Assembly: GCA_025966135.1 (NCBI GenBank) | Contig: JAOPVP010000054.1 | Location: 539 to 64,538, forward strand | Direction: 5' to 3' | From: Frankiales bacterium | GTDB taxonomy: Bacteria > Actinomycetota > Actinomycetes > Mycobacteriales > SCTD01 | Length of the DNA: 64,000 nt | In this document: in pieces, positions 36,851 through 45,575 of the stretch | How the letters are laid out: each line of letters starts with the position of its first letter | Numbering within the stretch: position 1 is the stretch's first letter | Notes under the pieces: generated by a model | What the model saw: the letters and a program-made list of their open reading frames with translations, nothing else | Told to the model about the DNA's origin: nothing | The model's database searches: none | Program-made: the position numbers and the translations under genes

Positions 36851-37072
36851 ATGGCCCGCTGGCCCGCCGAGGACTACGTCCGGCCGCCGCTCGTCGCTCG
36901 CGAGCTGCCGTCGACGACACTGGCGATCTGGCGCTTCCGGGTGGGCGCGCTGCTGCTGCTGGCCCTGCTGACGCTCGCCGTCACGCTGCTGTTCCTGCAC
37001 TTCAGTGGCGTCACCGCGGAGGACCCCGGTCTGAGTGGTTCCCTCAGCCCGGCCCATCCAGCGGCCCTCTGA
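36851..37072 (+). CDS. Hypothetical small single-pass membrane protein
   Basis: 73-aa ORF with one TM segment (VGALLLLALLTLAVTLLFL) and strongly GC3-biased codons. No clear Shine-Dalgarno. Its 3' end overlaps the pdtaS end by 29 nt. Confidence 0.45.
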   Translation: MARWPAEDYVRPPLVARELPSTTLAIWRFRVGALLLLALLTLAVTLLFLHFSGVTAEDPGLSGSLSPAHPAAL

Positions 37073-38546
37073 CGTCCAGCGGCACCCGCAGCAGCGCCCT
37101 GGTGCCCGTGCCGGGCCGAGGCTCCAGCGAGAGCTCGCCGCCCAGGTCGCCGGCGACCAGTGTCCGTACGATCTGCAGGCCGAGCCGGGTGCTCGCTGCG
37201 AGGACGAAGCCCTCCGGGAGACCCGCTCCGTCGTCCACCACCTCGACCACGAGCTCGTCGTCGTTCCGGTCGACACTGACCTCGATGAGACCCTCCTGCC
37301 CGTCCGGGTAGGCGTGCTCGATCGCGTTCTGCACCAGCTCGGTGAGCACCATCGACAACGGTGTGGCCACCTCGGCCGGCAGCACGCCGAAGGTCCCTGA
37401 CCGCACGACCTGCACCGGGGCGCCCGTGGCAGCGACCTCCGCACACATCGCCAGGACCTTGTCGGCGATCCCGTCGAACGCGACGTTCTCCTCCAGTGCG
37501 AGCGACAGGGTCTCGTGAACCGTCGCGATCGAGGCGACCCGCCGCACCGACTCCTGCAGCGCCGCCTGCGCCGCCGGGTCGGTCATCCGACGGGCCTGCA
37601 TGCGCAGCAGCGCGGCCACGGTCTGCAGGTTGTTCTTCACCCGGTGGTGGATCTCCCGGATGGTGGCGTCCTTGCCCATGATCTGACGGTCACGACGGCG
37701 CACCTCGGTGACGTCGCGGACCAGCACCAGCGCTCCCCGGGGTTCGTTGCCCGGAACGAGCGGGAGCGCCCGCAGCAGCACCACCGCGCCCTTGGCCTCG
37801 ACCTCACTCTCCCGCGGCTCCCGGAACCGCAGGGCGGCGGCCAGCGCGGCCGACCCGCGCGGCTCGTCGAGCTTGCCGGGCCCGGCGGACAGGCGGGCGA
37901 TCGTGTGCCCCAGATGGGCACCCAGCAAGTCGCCGGTGACGCCCAGCCGACGGTAGGCGGACAGGGCGTTCGGCGAGGCGTAGACGACGTGCCCGGTCCG
38001 GTCCAGCCGCAGCAGGCCGTCACCGACCCGCGGGGAGTGCTCGGGGTCGGGCTCGGCCCCGGGGAACGGGAAGGTGCCCTCCGACACCATCTGCACGAGC
38101 TCCCCGGCGCTCGTGAGGTAGGCCAGCTCGAGCTGGCTCGGCACCCTCGCGGCCGCCAGGTTGGTGTCCCGCGACAGGACCGCGATCACCCGGTCGCCCC
38201 GCCGTACCGGCACTGCCTCGGCGCGGACCTTCACGGCAGGAAGCTCCCGCCCCGACGGCGGTTCCCGGTCCAGCACGATCCGGCCCTGTCGCCAGGCCCG
38301 CTCGATCTGGGGGCTCTCGGTGAGCTCCTCCCCCACCATGTCGTCGGGGTAGGTCGTCGGACCGGTCGTGGGTCGCATGTGGGCCACGGCCACCCAGCGG
38401 CTCTCATGACTGCGGACCCACAGCACCAGGTCGGCGAACGACAGGTCGGCGACCAGCTGCCACTCGGCCACCAGCCGCTGCAGGTGCTCGAGGTCGAGCC
38501 GTGTCAGGTCCGTACGGGCGCGGACCAGGTCGACGAGGGTGGACAC
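37044..38546 (-). CDS. pdtaS: GAF-PAS sensor histidine kinase PdtaS
   Basis: Inside ORF 37044..39308. GTG 38546 gives VSTLVDLVRARTDL...VAEWQLVADLSFADLVLWV. H-box IREIHHRVKNNLQTVAALL. ATPase region ELVQNAIEHAY...DDGAGLP. Confidence 0.9.
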   Translation of the reverse strand: MSTLVDLVRARTDLTRLDLEHLQRLVAEWQLVADLSFADLVLWVRSHESRWVAVAHMRPTTGPTTYPDDMVGEELTESPQIERAWRQGRIVLDREPPSGRELPAVKVRAEAVPVRRGDRVIAVLSRDTNLAAARVPSQLELAYLTSAGELVQMVSEGTFPFPGAEPDPEHSPRVGDGLLRLDRTGHVVYASPNALSAYRRLGVTGDLLGAHLGHTIARLSAGPGKLDEPRGSAALAAALRFREPRESEVEAKGAVVLLRALPLVPGNEPRGALVLVRDVTEVRRRDRQIMGKDATIREIHHRVKNNLQTVAALLRMQARRMTDPAAQAALQESVRRVASIATVHETLSLALEENVAFDGIADKVLAMCAEVAATGAPVQVVRSGTFGVLPAEVATPLSMVLTELVQNAIEHAYPDGQEGLIEVSVDRNDDELVVEVVDDGAGLPEGFVLAASTRLGLQIVRTLVAGDLGGELSLEPRPGTGTRALLRVPLDVRGPLDGPG

Positions 38547-38570
38547 GCTCGCGAGCCTAGGCTGCCGCCT

Positions 38571-39698
38571 GTGGGAGATCCGTGGGACTGGCTGGAGCAG
38601 GCGCGCCGCGACGTGCGCGCTCGCGGTCTCGTACGGCGGTTGGACCCCGGCAGCGCAGACCTGCTGGACCTCGCCTCCAACGACTACCTGGGACTGGCCC
38701 GACACCCAGCGGTCGTCGCGGGTGCGGTCGCCGCCGTCGAGCAGTTCGGAGCGGGATCGACCGGGTCCCGACTGGTCACCGGCACCACCTCGCTGCACCT
38801 GGAGCTCGAGCAGGAGCTGGCGCGACGTACCGGGGCCGAGGCGGCGCTGGTGTTCTCCTCCGGCTACCTCGCCAACCTCGGGGTGGTCACCACGCTCGCC
38901 GGCCCGGGGGCGCTGGTCGTCTCTGACAGCGCCAACCACGCCTCCCTCATCGACGCCTGCCGGCTCTCGCGGGCCACTGTCCAGGTGGTCCCGCACGCCT
39001 CCCCCGCGCACGTCGAGGCGGCCCTCGCCAGTCACCCAGGGCGGGCGCTGGTGGTCACCGACGGCGTGTTCAGCGTGGACGGCACGCTCGCGCCCCTCCT
39101 CGAGCTCCACGACGTCGTACGGCGACACGGTGCGCTGCTGCTGGTCGACGAGGCGCACGGCCTGGGGGTCCTCGGCCCGAGCGGCGCCGGGGCCTGTGCC
39201 CTTCTCGGACTGGACCGTGAGCCGGACGTGGTCCGGACCGTCACGCTCTCGAAGTCCCTGGGCAGCCAAGGCGGGGCCGTGCTGGGTCCGGCCGTCCTGC
39301 GGGACCACCTGGTCGACACGGCCCGAGCCTTCGTGTTCGACACCGGCCTGGCGCCCGCTTCGGTCGGCGCTGCGCTTGCCGCGCTGTCCCTGGTCACCGA
39401 CCAGCGGGTGGCCGCCCTGGCGGAGGTGTCCGTGACCCTGGCCGCGGCCGTGGGGGTGCCGGCCACCCCAGGTCCGGTCGTGCAGGTCCCGGTCGGCGAC
39501 GCGCGCACCGCAGTGGCGGCCCAGCAGGCCTGCCGGGACGCCGGGGTGCGGGTCGGCTGCTTCCGTCCGCCCTCGGTGCCCGACGGCGGGTCCTGCCTGC
39601 GCCTGACGACCCGCGCCGATCTCACGCCCTCCCAGGTGCAGCGGGCGGCAGCGGTGGTGCTCGCCGCTACGCAGCCACCCTGGGCAACCGGCTCCTGA
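38571..39698 (+). CDS. bioF: 8-amino-7-oxononanoate synthase
   Basis: Frame of ORF 37515..39698, starting at GTG 38571. Sequence: LDLASNDYLGL, DSANHASLIDA, and TLSKSLGSQGG (PLP lysine). Confidence 0.88.
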   Translation: MGDPWDWLEQARRDVRARGLVRRLDPGSADLLDLASNDYLGLARHPAVVAGAVAAVEQFGAGSTGSRLVTGTTSLHLELEQELARRTGAEAALVFSSGYLANLGVVTTLAGPGALVVSDSANHASLIDACRLSRATVQVVPHASPAHVEAALASHPGRALVVTDGVFSVDGTLAPLLELHDVVRRHGALLLVDEAHGLGVLGPSGAGACALLGLDREPDVVRTVTLSKSLGSQGGAVLGPAVLRDHLVDTARAFVFDTGLAPASVGAALAALSLVTDQRVAALAEVSVTLAAAVGVPATPGPVVQVPVGDARTAVAAQQACRDAGVRVGCFRPPSVPDGGSCLRLTTRADLTPSQVQRAAAVVLAATQPPWATGS

Positions 39699-40005
39699 GC
39701 CAGGCGAGGCTGTCCTCGTCGGTGCTGTGCTGGCGCCAGCCCACGAGCAGCTGGTCCAGGGTCCGCTCGCTCGGGATGACCGCCAGGACGGTCACCTGGC
39801 TGCTGGGAGCGGGATAGCCGCCCGCCAGGCACAGATAGAGCTCACCGGTGTCGCGCAACCACGCAAGGCGCCAGGCATCGTCGGAACCGGCGGCGCGCCA
39901 GGTGGCCCCCAGGTCGATCTCGTCCGAGGTACGACGACGCGGGTCGGCCCGGTGGAAGGCGAGCTCGTCCACGTAGAACGAGGAAGGCGCGGTGGATACG
40001 GTCAT
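39667..40005 (-). CDS. Hypothetical protein lying antisense between bioF and bioD
   Basis: C-terminal part of ORF 39667..40326. ATG 40005 is preceded by AGGAGG with a 6-nt gap. Sequence: MTVSTAPSSFYVDELAFHRADPRRRTSDEIDLGATWRAAGSDDAWRLAWLRDTGELYLCLAGG. I recognise no family. Confidence 0.55.
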   Translation of the reverse strand: MTVSTAPSSFYVDELAFHRADPRRRTSDEIDLGATWRAAGSDDAWRLAWLRDTGELYLCLAGGYPAPSSQVTVLAVIPSERTLDQLLVGWRQHSTDEDSLAWLRSRLPRVAA

Positions 40006-40138
40006 CGGGACCTCCTGGTCTCTGGCCCTGGAAAAGTGCGGCTGAACCTGGCCGTGCCGCACCAGTGAGACGCTGAAGTCTCGGCCCCGGTTGCCTGCCC
40101 CGGGCAGACAGCAGCTGAACATCGGATGAGGAGAAGAC

Positions 40139-40864
40139 GTGGCCGTGCTGTTCGTCACAGGGACGAGCACCGACGTGGGCAAGACGGTCGTCACCGCGGC
40201 GATAGCCGCGCTCGCCCGCGACCGGGGGGCGCGGTGCGCCGTCGTCAAGCCCGGCCAGACCGGGGTGGAGGACGACGAGCCCGGTGACCTGAGCTCAGTG
40301 GCCCGGCTGTCCGGGGTCACCGACACCTACGAGCTGGTCCGTTACCCCGATCCGCTGTCTCCCGCAGCGGCGGCCCGCCGCTCGGGACGGGCCCCGATGG
40401 ACCCGGTGGCCTTCTACGACCGGGTGCTGCGGCTCGACCACGACCTGGTCCTGGTCGAGGGCGCCGGAGGGCTGCTGGTCCGCTTCGATGAGGACGGCAC
40501 CACCCTCGCCGACCTGGCCCGTGGCCTGCAGGCCCCGGTACTGGTCGTCGCCGGGCCTGCCCTGGGCACCCTCAACCACACCGCGCTCACGCTGGAGGCG
40601 CTGGCCCATCGCGGGGTGGAGCTGTCGGGGGTTGTGCTCGGCTCCTGGCCCAGCGCCCCCGGCCTCGCCGAGCGCTGCAACCTGCGCGACCTCGAGACCC
40701 TGGCGGCCCGGCCGCTGCTCGGTGCTCTGCCGGCGGAGGCCGGCAGGCTCTCGCCGGAGACCTTCCTCGAGGTCGCCCGCACGGGCCTGGGCCCGCAGCT
40801 CGGCGGCACCTTCGACGCCCGACAGTTCCGGAGCACGTGGGACCCCTCCCGTCGTGATCTGTGA
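40139..40864 (+). CDS. bioD: Dethiobiotin synthase
   Basis: 241-aa ORF (GTG start) with P-loop FVTGTSTDVGKTVVTAAI, then KPGQTG and LVEGAGGLLV. Confidence 0.9.
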   Translation: MAVLFVTGTSTDVGKTVVTAAIAALARDRGARCAVVKPGQTGVEDDEPGDLSSVARLSGVTDTYELVRYPDPLSPAAAARRSGRAPMDPVAFYDRVLRLDHDLVLVEGAGGLLVRFDEDGTTLADLARGLQAPVLVVAGPALGTLNHTALTLEALAHRGVELSGVVLGSWPSAPGLAERCNLRDLETLAARPLLGALPAEAGRLSPETFLEVARTGLGPQLGGTFDARQFRSTWDPSRRDL

Positions 40865-40909
40865 GGGGCAGCGACGAGGGCGACGTAGCGGCCTGAGACA
40901 CTGCTGCGC

Positions 40910-41914
40910 GTGACGGGTCTGCTGGTGGATGTGCTGGAGACTGCCCGCGAGCAGGTGCTCGAGCGTGGGGTCGGGCTGACCGAGGAGCAGGCGCTGCAGT
41001 GCCTGCAGCTGCCGGACGACCGCCTGCCCGACCTGCTGCAGCTCGCACACGAGGTGCGGATGAAGCACTGCGGCCCGGAGGTCGAGGTCGAGGGCATCAT
41101 CAGCCTCAAGACCGGTGGCTGCCCCGAGGACTGCCACTTCTGCTCGCAGTCGGGCCTGTTCCCGTCGCCGGTGCGCGCGGCGTGGCTGGACATCCCGTCG
41201 CTGGTGAAGGCCGCGGTCGAGACAGCCGCTACCGGTGCCACCGAGTTCTGCATCGTGGCCGCGGTGCGCGGCCCGGACCCCAAGCTGATGGCGCAGGTGC
41301 GGGCCGGTGTGGCCGCGATCCGGGAGGCGGTCGACATCCACGTCGCCTGCAGCCTCGGGATGCTCAGCCAGGACCAGGTCGACGACCTCACCGCCATGGG
41401 CGTGCACCGCTACAACCACAACCTCGAGACGGCGCGGTCGCACTTTCCGAACGTCGTGACCACCCACACCTGGGAGGAGCGCTTCGAGACGCTCCGGATG
41501 GTGCGCGAGGCGGGCATGGAGGTCTGCTGCGGCGGCATCCTGGGCATGGGCGAGACCCTCGAGCAGCGGGCCGAGTTCGCGGCGCAGCTGGCCGCGCTCG
41601 AACCCGACGAGGTGCCGCTGAACTTCCTCAACCCCCGCCCCGGCACGCCCTTCGGCGACCTGCCGGTGATGGAGGCGAACGACGCGCTGAAGGCCATCGC
41701 GGTCTTCCGGCTCGCGTTGCCGCGCACCATCTTGCGGTTCGCCGGTGGCCGCGAGATCACCCTCGGCGACCTGGCCAAGGACGGGATGCTCGGCGGCATC
41801 AACGCCGTCATCGTCGGCAACTACCTGACCACCCTGGGTCGCCCGGCGACCGAGGACCTCGACATGCTGCGGGACCTCAAGATGCCGTTGAAGGGTCTGT
41901 CACAGACGCTGTGA
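40910..41914 (+). CDS. bioB: Biotin synthase (radical SAM)
   Basis: 334-aa ORF with [18 protein letters not shown] and [10 protein letters not shown]. Confidence 0.95.
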   Translation: MTGLLVDVLETAREQVLERGVGLTEEQALQCLQLPDDRLPDLLQLAHEVRMKHCGPEVEVEGIISLKTGGCPEDCHFCSQSGLFPSPVRAAWLDIPSLVKAAVETAATGATEFCIVAAVRGPDPKLMAQVRAGVAAIREAVDIHVACSLGMLSQDQVDDLTAMGVHRYNHNLETARSHFPNVVTTHTWEERFETLRMVREAGMEVCCGGILGMGETLEQRAEFAAQLAALEPDEVPLNFLNPRPGTPFGDLPVMEANDALKAIAVFRLALPRTILRFAGGREITLGDLAKDGMLGGINAVIVGNYLTTLGRPATEDLDMLRDLKMPLKGLSQTL

Positions 41915-41920
41915 CAGACC
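41894..41920 (+). other. 11-bp perfect stem / 5-nt loop hairpin spanning the bioB stop and the bioA start
   Basis: GGTCTGTCACA (41894..41904), loop GACGC, TGTGACAGACC (41910..41920). It contains the bioA GTG (41911..41913) and the bioB TGA (41912..41914). Confidence 0.7.
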
Positions 41921-43170
41921 TCGTCGGACGGGACCGCAAGCACCTCTGGCACCCGTACTCCACAGCGACCGCGTCACCGCTGTTCGGGGTCGTAGCCGCA
42001 GAGGGCACCCGGCTGACCCTCGAGGATGGGCGCACCGTCGTCGACGGGATGTCGTCGTGGTGGGCGGCGATCCACGGCTACCGGCACCCCGTGCTCGACG
42101 CGGCCCTGCACGCCCAGGTCGACCGCTTCGCGCATGTCATGTTCGGCGGCCTCACCCACGCGCCCGCCGTCGAGCTGGCGGAGCTGTTGGTCTCGCTCAC
42201 CGCGCCCCAGCTCACCAAGGTCTTCTTCGCCGACTCCGGCTCAGTGGCCGTCGAGGTCGCTCTCAAGATGGCCGTGCAGGCAAGCCCCGGCCGGCACCGC
42301 GTCCTCACCGTCCGCGGCGGCTACCACGGCGACACGTCCGGGGCGATGAGCGTGACCGACCCTGACGGGATGCACGGGCTGTACGCCGGTCACGTCGTCG
42401 AGCAGGTCTTCCTCCCACGACCTCGACCCTTGTACGACGAGCCGGTCCGTGACGAGCACCTTGCCGAGGTCGCCGAGGTGCTGCAGCGCCGCGGCCACGA
42501 GCTGGCGGCGCTCGTCGTCGAACCCGTCGTCCAGGGCGCCGGCGGGATGCGCTGGTACTCCCCCGACTACCTACGCAGGCTGGTCTCGCTGTGCAGGGAG
42601 CACGGGCTGCTCGTGGTCTTCGACGAGATCGCGACGGGCTTCGGCCGCACCGGCGAGCTCTGGGGCGCCGACCACGCCGGTGTCGTCCCGGACATCGTCT
42701 GCCTGGGCAAAGCGCTCACCGGCGGCACGATGACGCTGGGAGCGGTGCTGTGCACCGACGAGGTCGCCGACCGGGTCTGCGCGAACGGCGGCGCCTTCAT
42801 GCACGGGCCGACCTTCATGGCCAACCCGCTGGCGTGTGCGGTCTCCCAGGCCTCTGTGCGCCTGCTCGTCGAGCAGGACTGGAGGGGTACGGTGGCCCGG
42901 ATCAGCGAGGCGTTGACCGCTGGGCTCGCCCCCGCGTGGGACCTGCCGGGCGTCGCCGATGTCCGGGTGCTGGGCGCCATCGGCGTGGTCGAGCTCGAGG
43001 AGTCCTGCGACATGGCGGTCCTGCAGCCACGGCTCGTCGAGGAGGGTGCCTGGGTCCGACCCTTCGGCCGCCTCGTCTACACCATGCCGCCGTACACGTC
43101 GTCGCTGGAGGACCTCGAGACGGTGACCGGGGCGATCGTGAAGGCGCTCCAACCTGCGGGCCGCCCATGA
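41911..43170 (+). CDS. bioA: Adenosylmethionine-8-amino-7-oxononanoate aminotransferase
   Basis: Frame of ORF 40999..43170. GTG 41911 (GTGA overlap) gives [16 protein letters not shown]. Also [41 protein letters not shown] and GKALTGG. Confidence 0.9.
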   Translation: MTDLVGRDRKHLWHPYSTATASPLFGVVAAEGTRLTLEDGRTVVDGMSSWWAAIHGYRHPVLDAALHAQVDRFAHVMFGGLTHAPAVELAELLVSLTAPQLTKVFFADSGSVAVEVALKMAVQASPGRHRVLTVRGGYHGDTSGAMSVTDPDGMHGLYAGHVVEQVFLPRPRPLYDEPVRDEHLAEVAEVLQRRGHELAALVVEPVVQGAGGMRWYSPDYLRRLVSLCREHGLLVVFDEIATGFGRTGELWGADHAGVVPDIVCLGKALTGGTMTLGAVLCTDEVADRVCANGGAFMHGPTFMANPLACAVSQASVRLLVEQDWRGTVARISEALTAGLAPAWDLPGVADVRVLGAIGVVELEESCDMAVLQPRLVEEGAWVRPFGRLVYTMPPYTSSLEDLETVTGAIVKALQPAGRP

Positions 43171-43730
43171 GGTGCTTCGGGGAGGGCGACGAGCTGTACG
43201 CGAGCTACCACGACACCGAGTGGGGACGTCCGCAGCTGGGCGAACGGGCGCTGTTCGAGAAGATCTGCCTCGAGGGGTTCCAGGCCGGGCTGTCGTGGAT
43301 CACGGTGCTGCGCAAGAGGATGGCGCTGCGGGAGGTGTTCCACGACTTCGACCCGGTGAAGGTCGCCGCGATGGACGTCACGCCGCTGGTCGAGGACGCG
43401 CGGCTGATCCGCTCGCCGGCCAAGCTGCAGGCCTGCGTCCGCAACGCCGAGGCGACCCTCGCGCTGGCCGGCGGCCTACCGGAGCTGGTGTGGTCCTACC
43501 GCGACGACACACCTGCACCGACCTCGTGGTCCGACGTCCCTCCGTCGACACCCGGGTCGGCCGCCCTGGCCAAACAGCTGAAGAAGGCCGGCTTCGTGTT
43601 CGTCGGACCGACCACCGTCTACTCGCTGCTGCAGGCCTGCGGCATCGTCAACGACCACCTGGCAGGGTGCCTGGTACGGCACGAGGTCGAGGCGCTGCTT
43701 CAGGCCGTGCCGGCGAAGCACCGGGCGTAG
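43167..43730 (+). CDS. tag: DNA-3-methyladenine glycosylase I
   Basis: Frame of ORF 42591..43730. ATG 43167 overlaps the bioA stop (ATGA). Sequence: [22 protein letters not shown]...LEGFQAGLSWITVL...GIVNDH. Confidence 0.9.
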   Translation: MRCFGEGDELYASYHDTEWGRPQLGERALFEKICLEGFQAGLSWITVLRKRMALREVFHDFDPVKVAAMDVTPLVEDARLIRSPAKLQACVRNAEATLALAGGLPELVWSYRDDTPAPTSWSDVPPSTPGSAALAKQLKKAGFVFVGPTTVYSLLQACGIVNDHLAGCLVRHEVEALLQAVPAKHRA

Positions 43731-44662
43731 GCCGACGGCGAGGTGCCCCGCTGGCGGCCGAACACCGCCCGCAGTGTGGCGGCGGAGCCGAAGCCGCAGC
43801 GACGCGCGACCTCCTCGACGGCCATGCCCTGCTCGAGCAGCCGCTGCGCGTGCCCGACCCGCTGGACCAGCACCCACTTGTGGGGTGTCGTGCCGGTGGC
43901 CTCGCGGAAGCGACGGGCGAAGGTGCGCGCGGACATGTGAGCCCGGGCCGCGAGGTCCAGGACACCGAGCTCCTCGTCGAGGTTGGCAGCGATCCAGTCG
44001 AGCAGGCCCGCGATCTCATCGGTGCCGGCCCTGCGTTGGAGCGGCACGGGCGCCTCGACGTACTGCGCCTGGCCACCGTCGCGGAACGGCGGGACAACCA
44101 TCCGGCGGGCGAAGGCGTTGGCGACGGCGACGCCGCGCTCCTGGCGGACCACGTGCAGGCAGGCGTCGATGCCCGCCGCCGTACCCGCACTGGTGATCAC
44201 CGGGCCTTCATCGACGTAGAGCACGTCGGGGTCGACGTCGATCAGCGGATAGCGCTCGGCCAGCAGGTGGGCGTAGCGCCAGTGCGTCGTTGCCCGCCGG
44301 CCGTCGAGCACTCCCGCCGCCGCCAGGACGAAGGCACCGCTGCAGACCGACAGCACCCGGGCACCGCGGTCGACGGCGGCGCGGACGGCTTCGAGCAGTG
44401 GGGCGGGTGGCAGCTCGTCGATCGACCGCCAGGCAGGGATGCAGACGAGATCGGCCCCGGCCACCCGGTCCAGGCGGTGATCGGTGTCGAGCCGAAACCC
44501 CTGCCCCGACGTCAGCGGCGGCTCCTCGGCGGCCACCACGGCGAAGTCGAAGCCCGGCAGTCCCTGGTCGGTGCGGTCGAGGCCGAAGACCTCGCACACC
44601 ACCCCCAGCTCAAAGGCGGCGAAACCGTTCGACACGACGGCTACGACGTTGTTCATGACCAT
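43700..44662 (-). CDS. GlxA-family regulator (DJ-1/PfpI domain fused to an AraC-type HTH)
   Basis: Inside ORF 43700..44992, starting at ATG 44662 or 44656. Sequence: VAVVSNGFAAFELG, SVCSGAFVLAAAGVLDGRRATTHW, and the C-terminal AraC HTH MSARTFARRFREATGTTPHKWV. Confidence 0.88.
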   Translation of the reverse strand: MVMNNVVAVVSNGFAAFELGVVCEVFGLDRTDQGLPGFDFAVVAAEEPPLTSGQGFRLDTDHRLDRVAGADLVCIPAWRSIDELPPAPLLEAVRAAVDRGARVLSVCSGAFVLAAAGVLDGRRATTHWRYAHLLAERYPLIDVDPDVLYVDEGPVITSAGTAAGIDACLHVVRQERGVAVANAFARRMVVPPFRDGGQAQYVEAPVPLQRRAGTDEIAGLLDWIAANLDEELGVLDLAARAHMSARTFARRFREATGTTPHKWVLVQRVGHAQRLLEQGMAVEEVARRCGFGSAATLRAVFGRQRGTSPSAYARCFAGTA

Positions 44663-44744
44663 GACCGGAGTGTGGCAGGTTTCCCGCGCAGCGGTGCCTT
44701 TCTGCCACTGTTGCGGTGCACAACACCTGGCACAGGGTGCTCCC

Positions 44745-44849
44745 ATGACCGTTCTGCTGATCGTCCTGGTGCTGCTGACCGTGACCGCATCCCGTTGGGG
44801 TGCCGACTCCCGTGATGGGAGGGACTGGCAGCCGCACCGCAGGCCGTAG
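44745..44849 (+). CDS. Hypothetical 34-aa hydrophobic peptide
   Basis: MTVLLIVLVLLTVTASRWGADSRDGRDWQPHRRP (end of ORF 44484..44849). GC3-biased codons. It resembles small actinobacterial peptides ending in an RWGxDSRD-like motif; this is my recollection, not verified. Confidence 0.4.
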   Translation: MTVLLIVLVLLTVTASRWGADSRDGRDWQPHRRP

Positions 44850-44930
44850 CCTCCACCGGCCGGCTGATCGCCCTGCCGTGCAGGGGCCACGTGGGGCGGC
44901 TCACGCAGCCAATGCGGTAGACAACTGAGC

Positions 44931-45575
44931 GTGCTCGAAGTCCGCCCTGCCCTGCCCTCCGAGTACGCCGCCATCGGTGAGCTCACCGCCACGACCTACC
45001 TCGACGAGGGCTACGGCGATGACGACTACGCCGTGATCCTCCGCGATGTCGCAGCGCGGGCCGCCCAAGCGACGGTCCTCGTTGCCCTCCTCGACGGGCG
45101 GCTGGCCGGCACCGTCACCGTCGCGACCGCAGGAGGCCCGTTCGCCGAGCAGGCCGAGCCCGGGGAGGCCGTCGTCCGCATGCTGGTGACCGACCCCGCG
45201 GCGCGCGGGCGAGGAGTGGGTACGGCGCTGATGCAGAGCTGCCTCGACGCCGCTCGGGCGGCCGGCTGCTCCGTCGTACGACTGTCGACGCAGGCGTCCA
45301 TGACGTCAGCGCACCGCGTCTACGAGCGCTTGGGCTTCACGCGGACCCCCGCGCGGGACTGGAACCCCGTGCCGGACCTCAGGTTGCTGACATACGCCCT
45401 GCCGCTGTCGTTCTGCGGGTACTGCGGCGAGCCGTTGGGGCACGAGGGGTGCGAGCGGATGCTTGTGCTGGAGCCGCCGCGCTACTGCTCGCGCTGTCGA
45501 CGGCGGATGGTCGTGCAGGTGCACCCCACGGGCTGGAGCGCACGGTGCGTCGAGCACGGTGTGCTGACGGGCTAG
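44931..45575 (+). CDS. GNAT N-acetyltransferase with a C-terminal CxxC...CxxC zinc-ribbon extension
   Basis: 214-aa ORF. GNAT motif [28 protein letters not shown]-terminus [33 protein letters not shown]. Confidence 0.8.
   Translation: MLEVRPALPSEYAAIGELTATTYLDEGYGDDDYAVILRDVAARAAQATVLVALLDGRLAGTVTVATAGGPFAEQAEPGEAVVRMLVTDPAARGRGVGTALMQSCLDAARAAGCSVVRLSTQASMTSAHRVYERLGFTRTPARDWNPVPDLRLLTYALPLSFCGYCGEPLGHEGCERMLVLEPPRYCSRCRRRMVVQVHPTGWSARCVEHGVLTG

Noticed and set aside
38547-39308. N-terminal 254-aa extension of the pdtaS ORF (754-aa ORF starting at 39308)
   Set aside because: The extension lies antisense to bioF, which has PLP-enzyme motifs. The conserved PdtaS N-terminus begins at GTG 38546.
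40006-40138. BioQ/BirA-type operator upstream of bioD
   Set aside because: Only GCTGAAC half-sites (near 40043 and 40113) and a short CTGCCCCGGGCAG palindrome are present. There is no complete TGAAC-N3-GTTCA-type palindrome and no regulator gene nearby.
28381-43730. Three convergent gene pairs each overlapping by 31-32 nt (rmlC/sodX, bioF/hypothetical, tag/glxA), as a possible shared element
   Set aside because: The three overlap sequences share no similarity or common structure. This is most simply explained by the scarcity of stop codons in antisense frames of high-GC genes.
43172-44815. 547-aa + strand ORF, and 40295..41467 / 40999..41910 frames in the biotin region
   Set aside because: These are shadows of tag/glxA and bioD/bioB. 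The real genes were identified by motifs in other frames.
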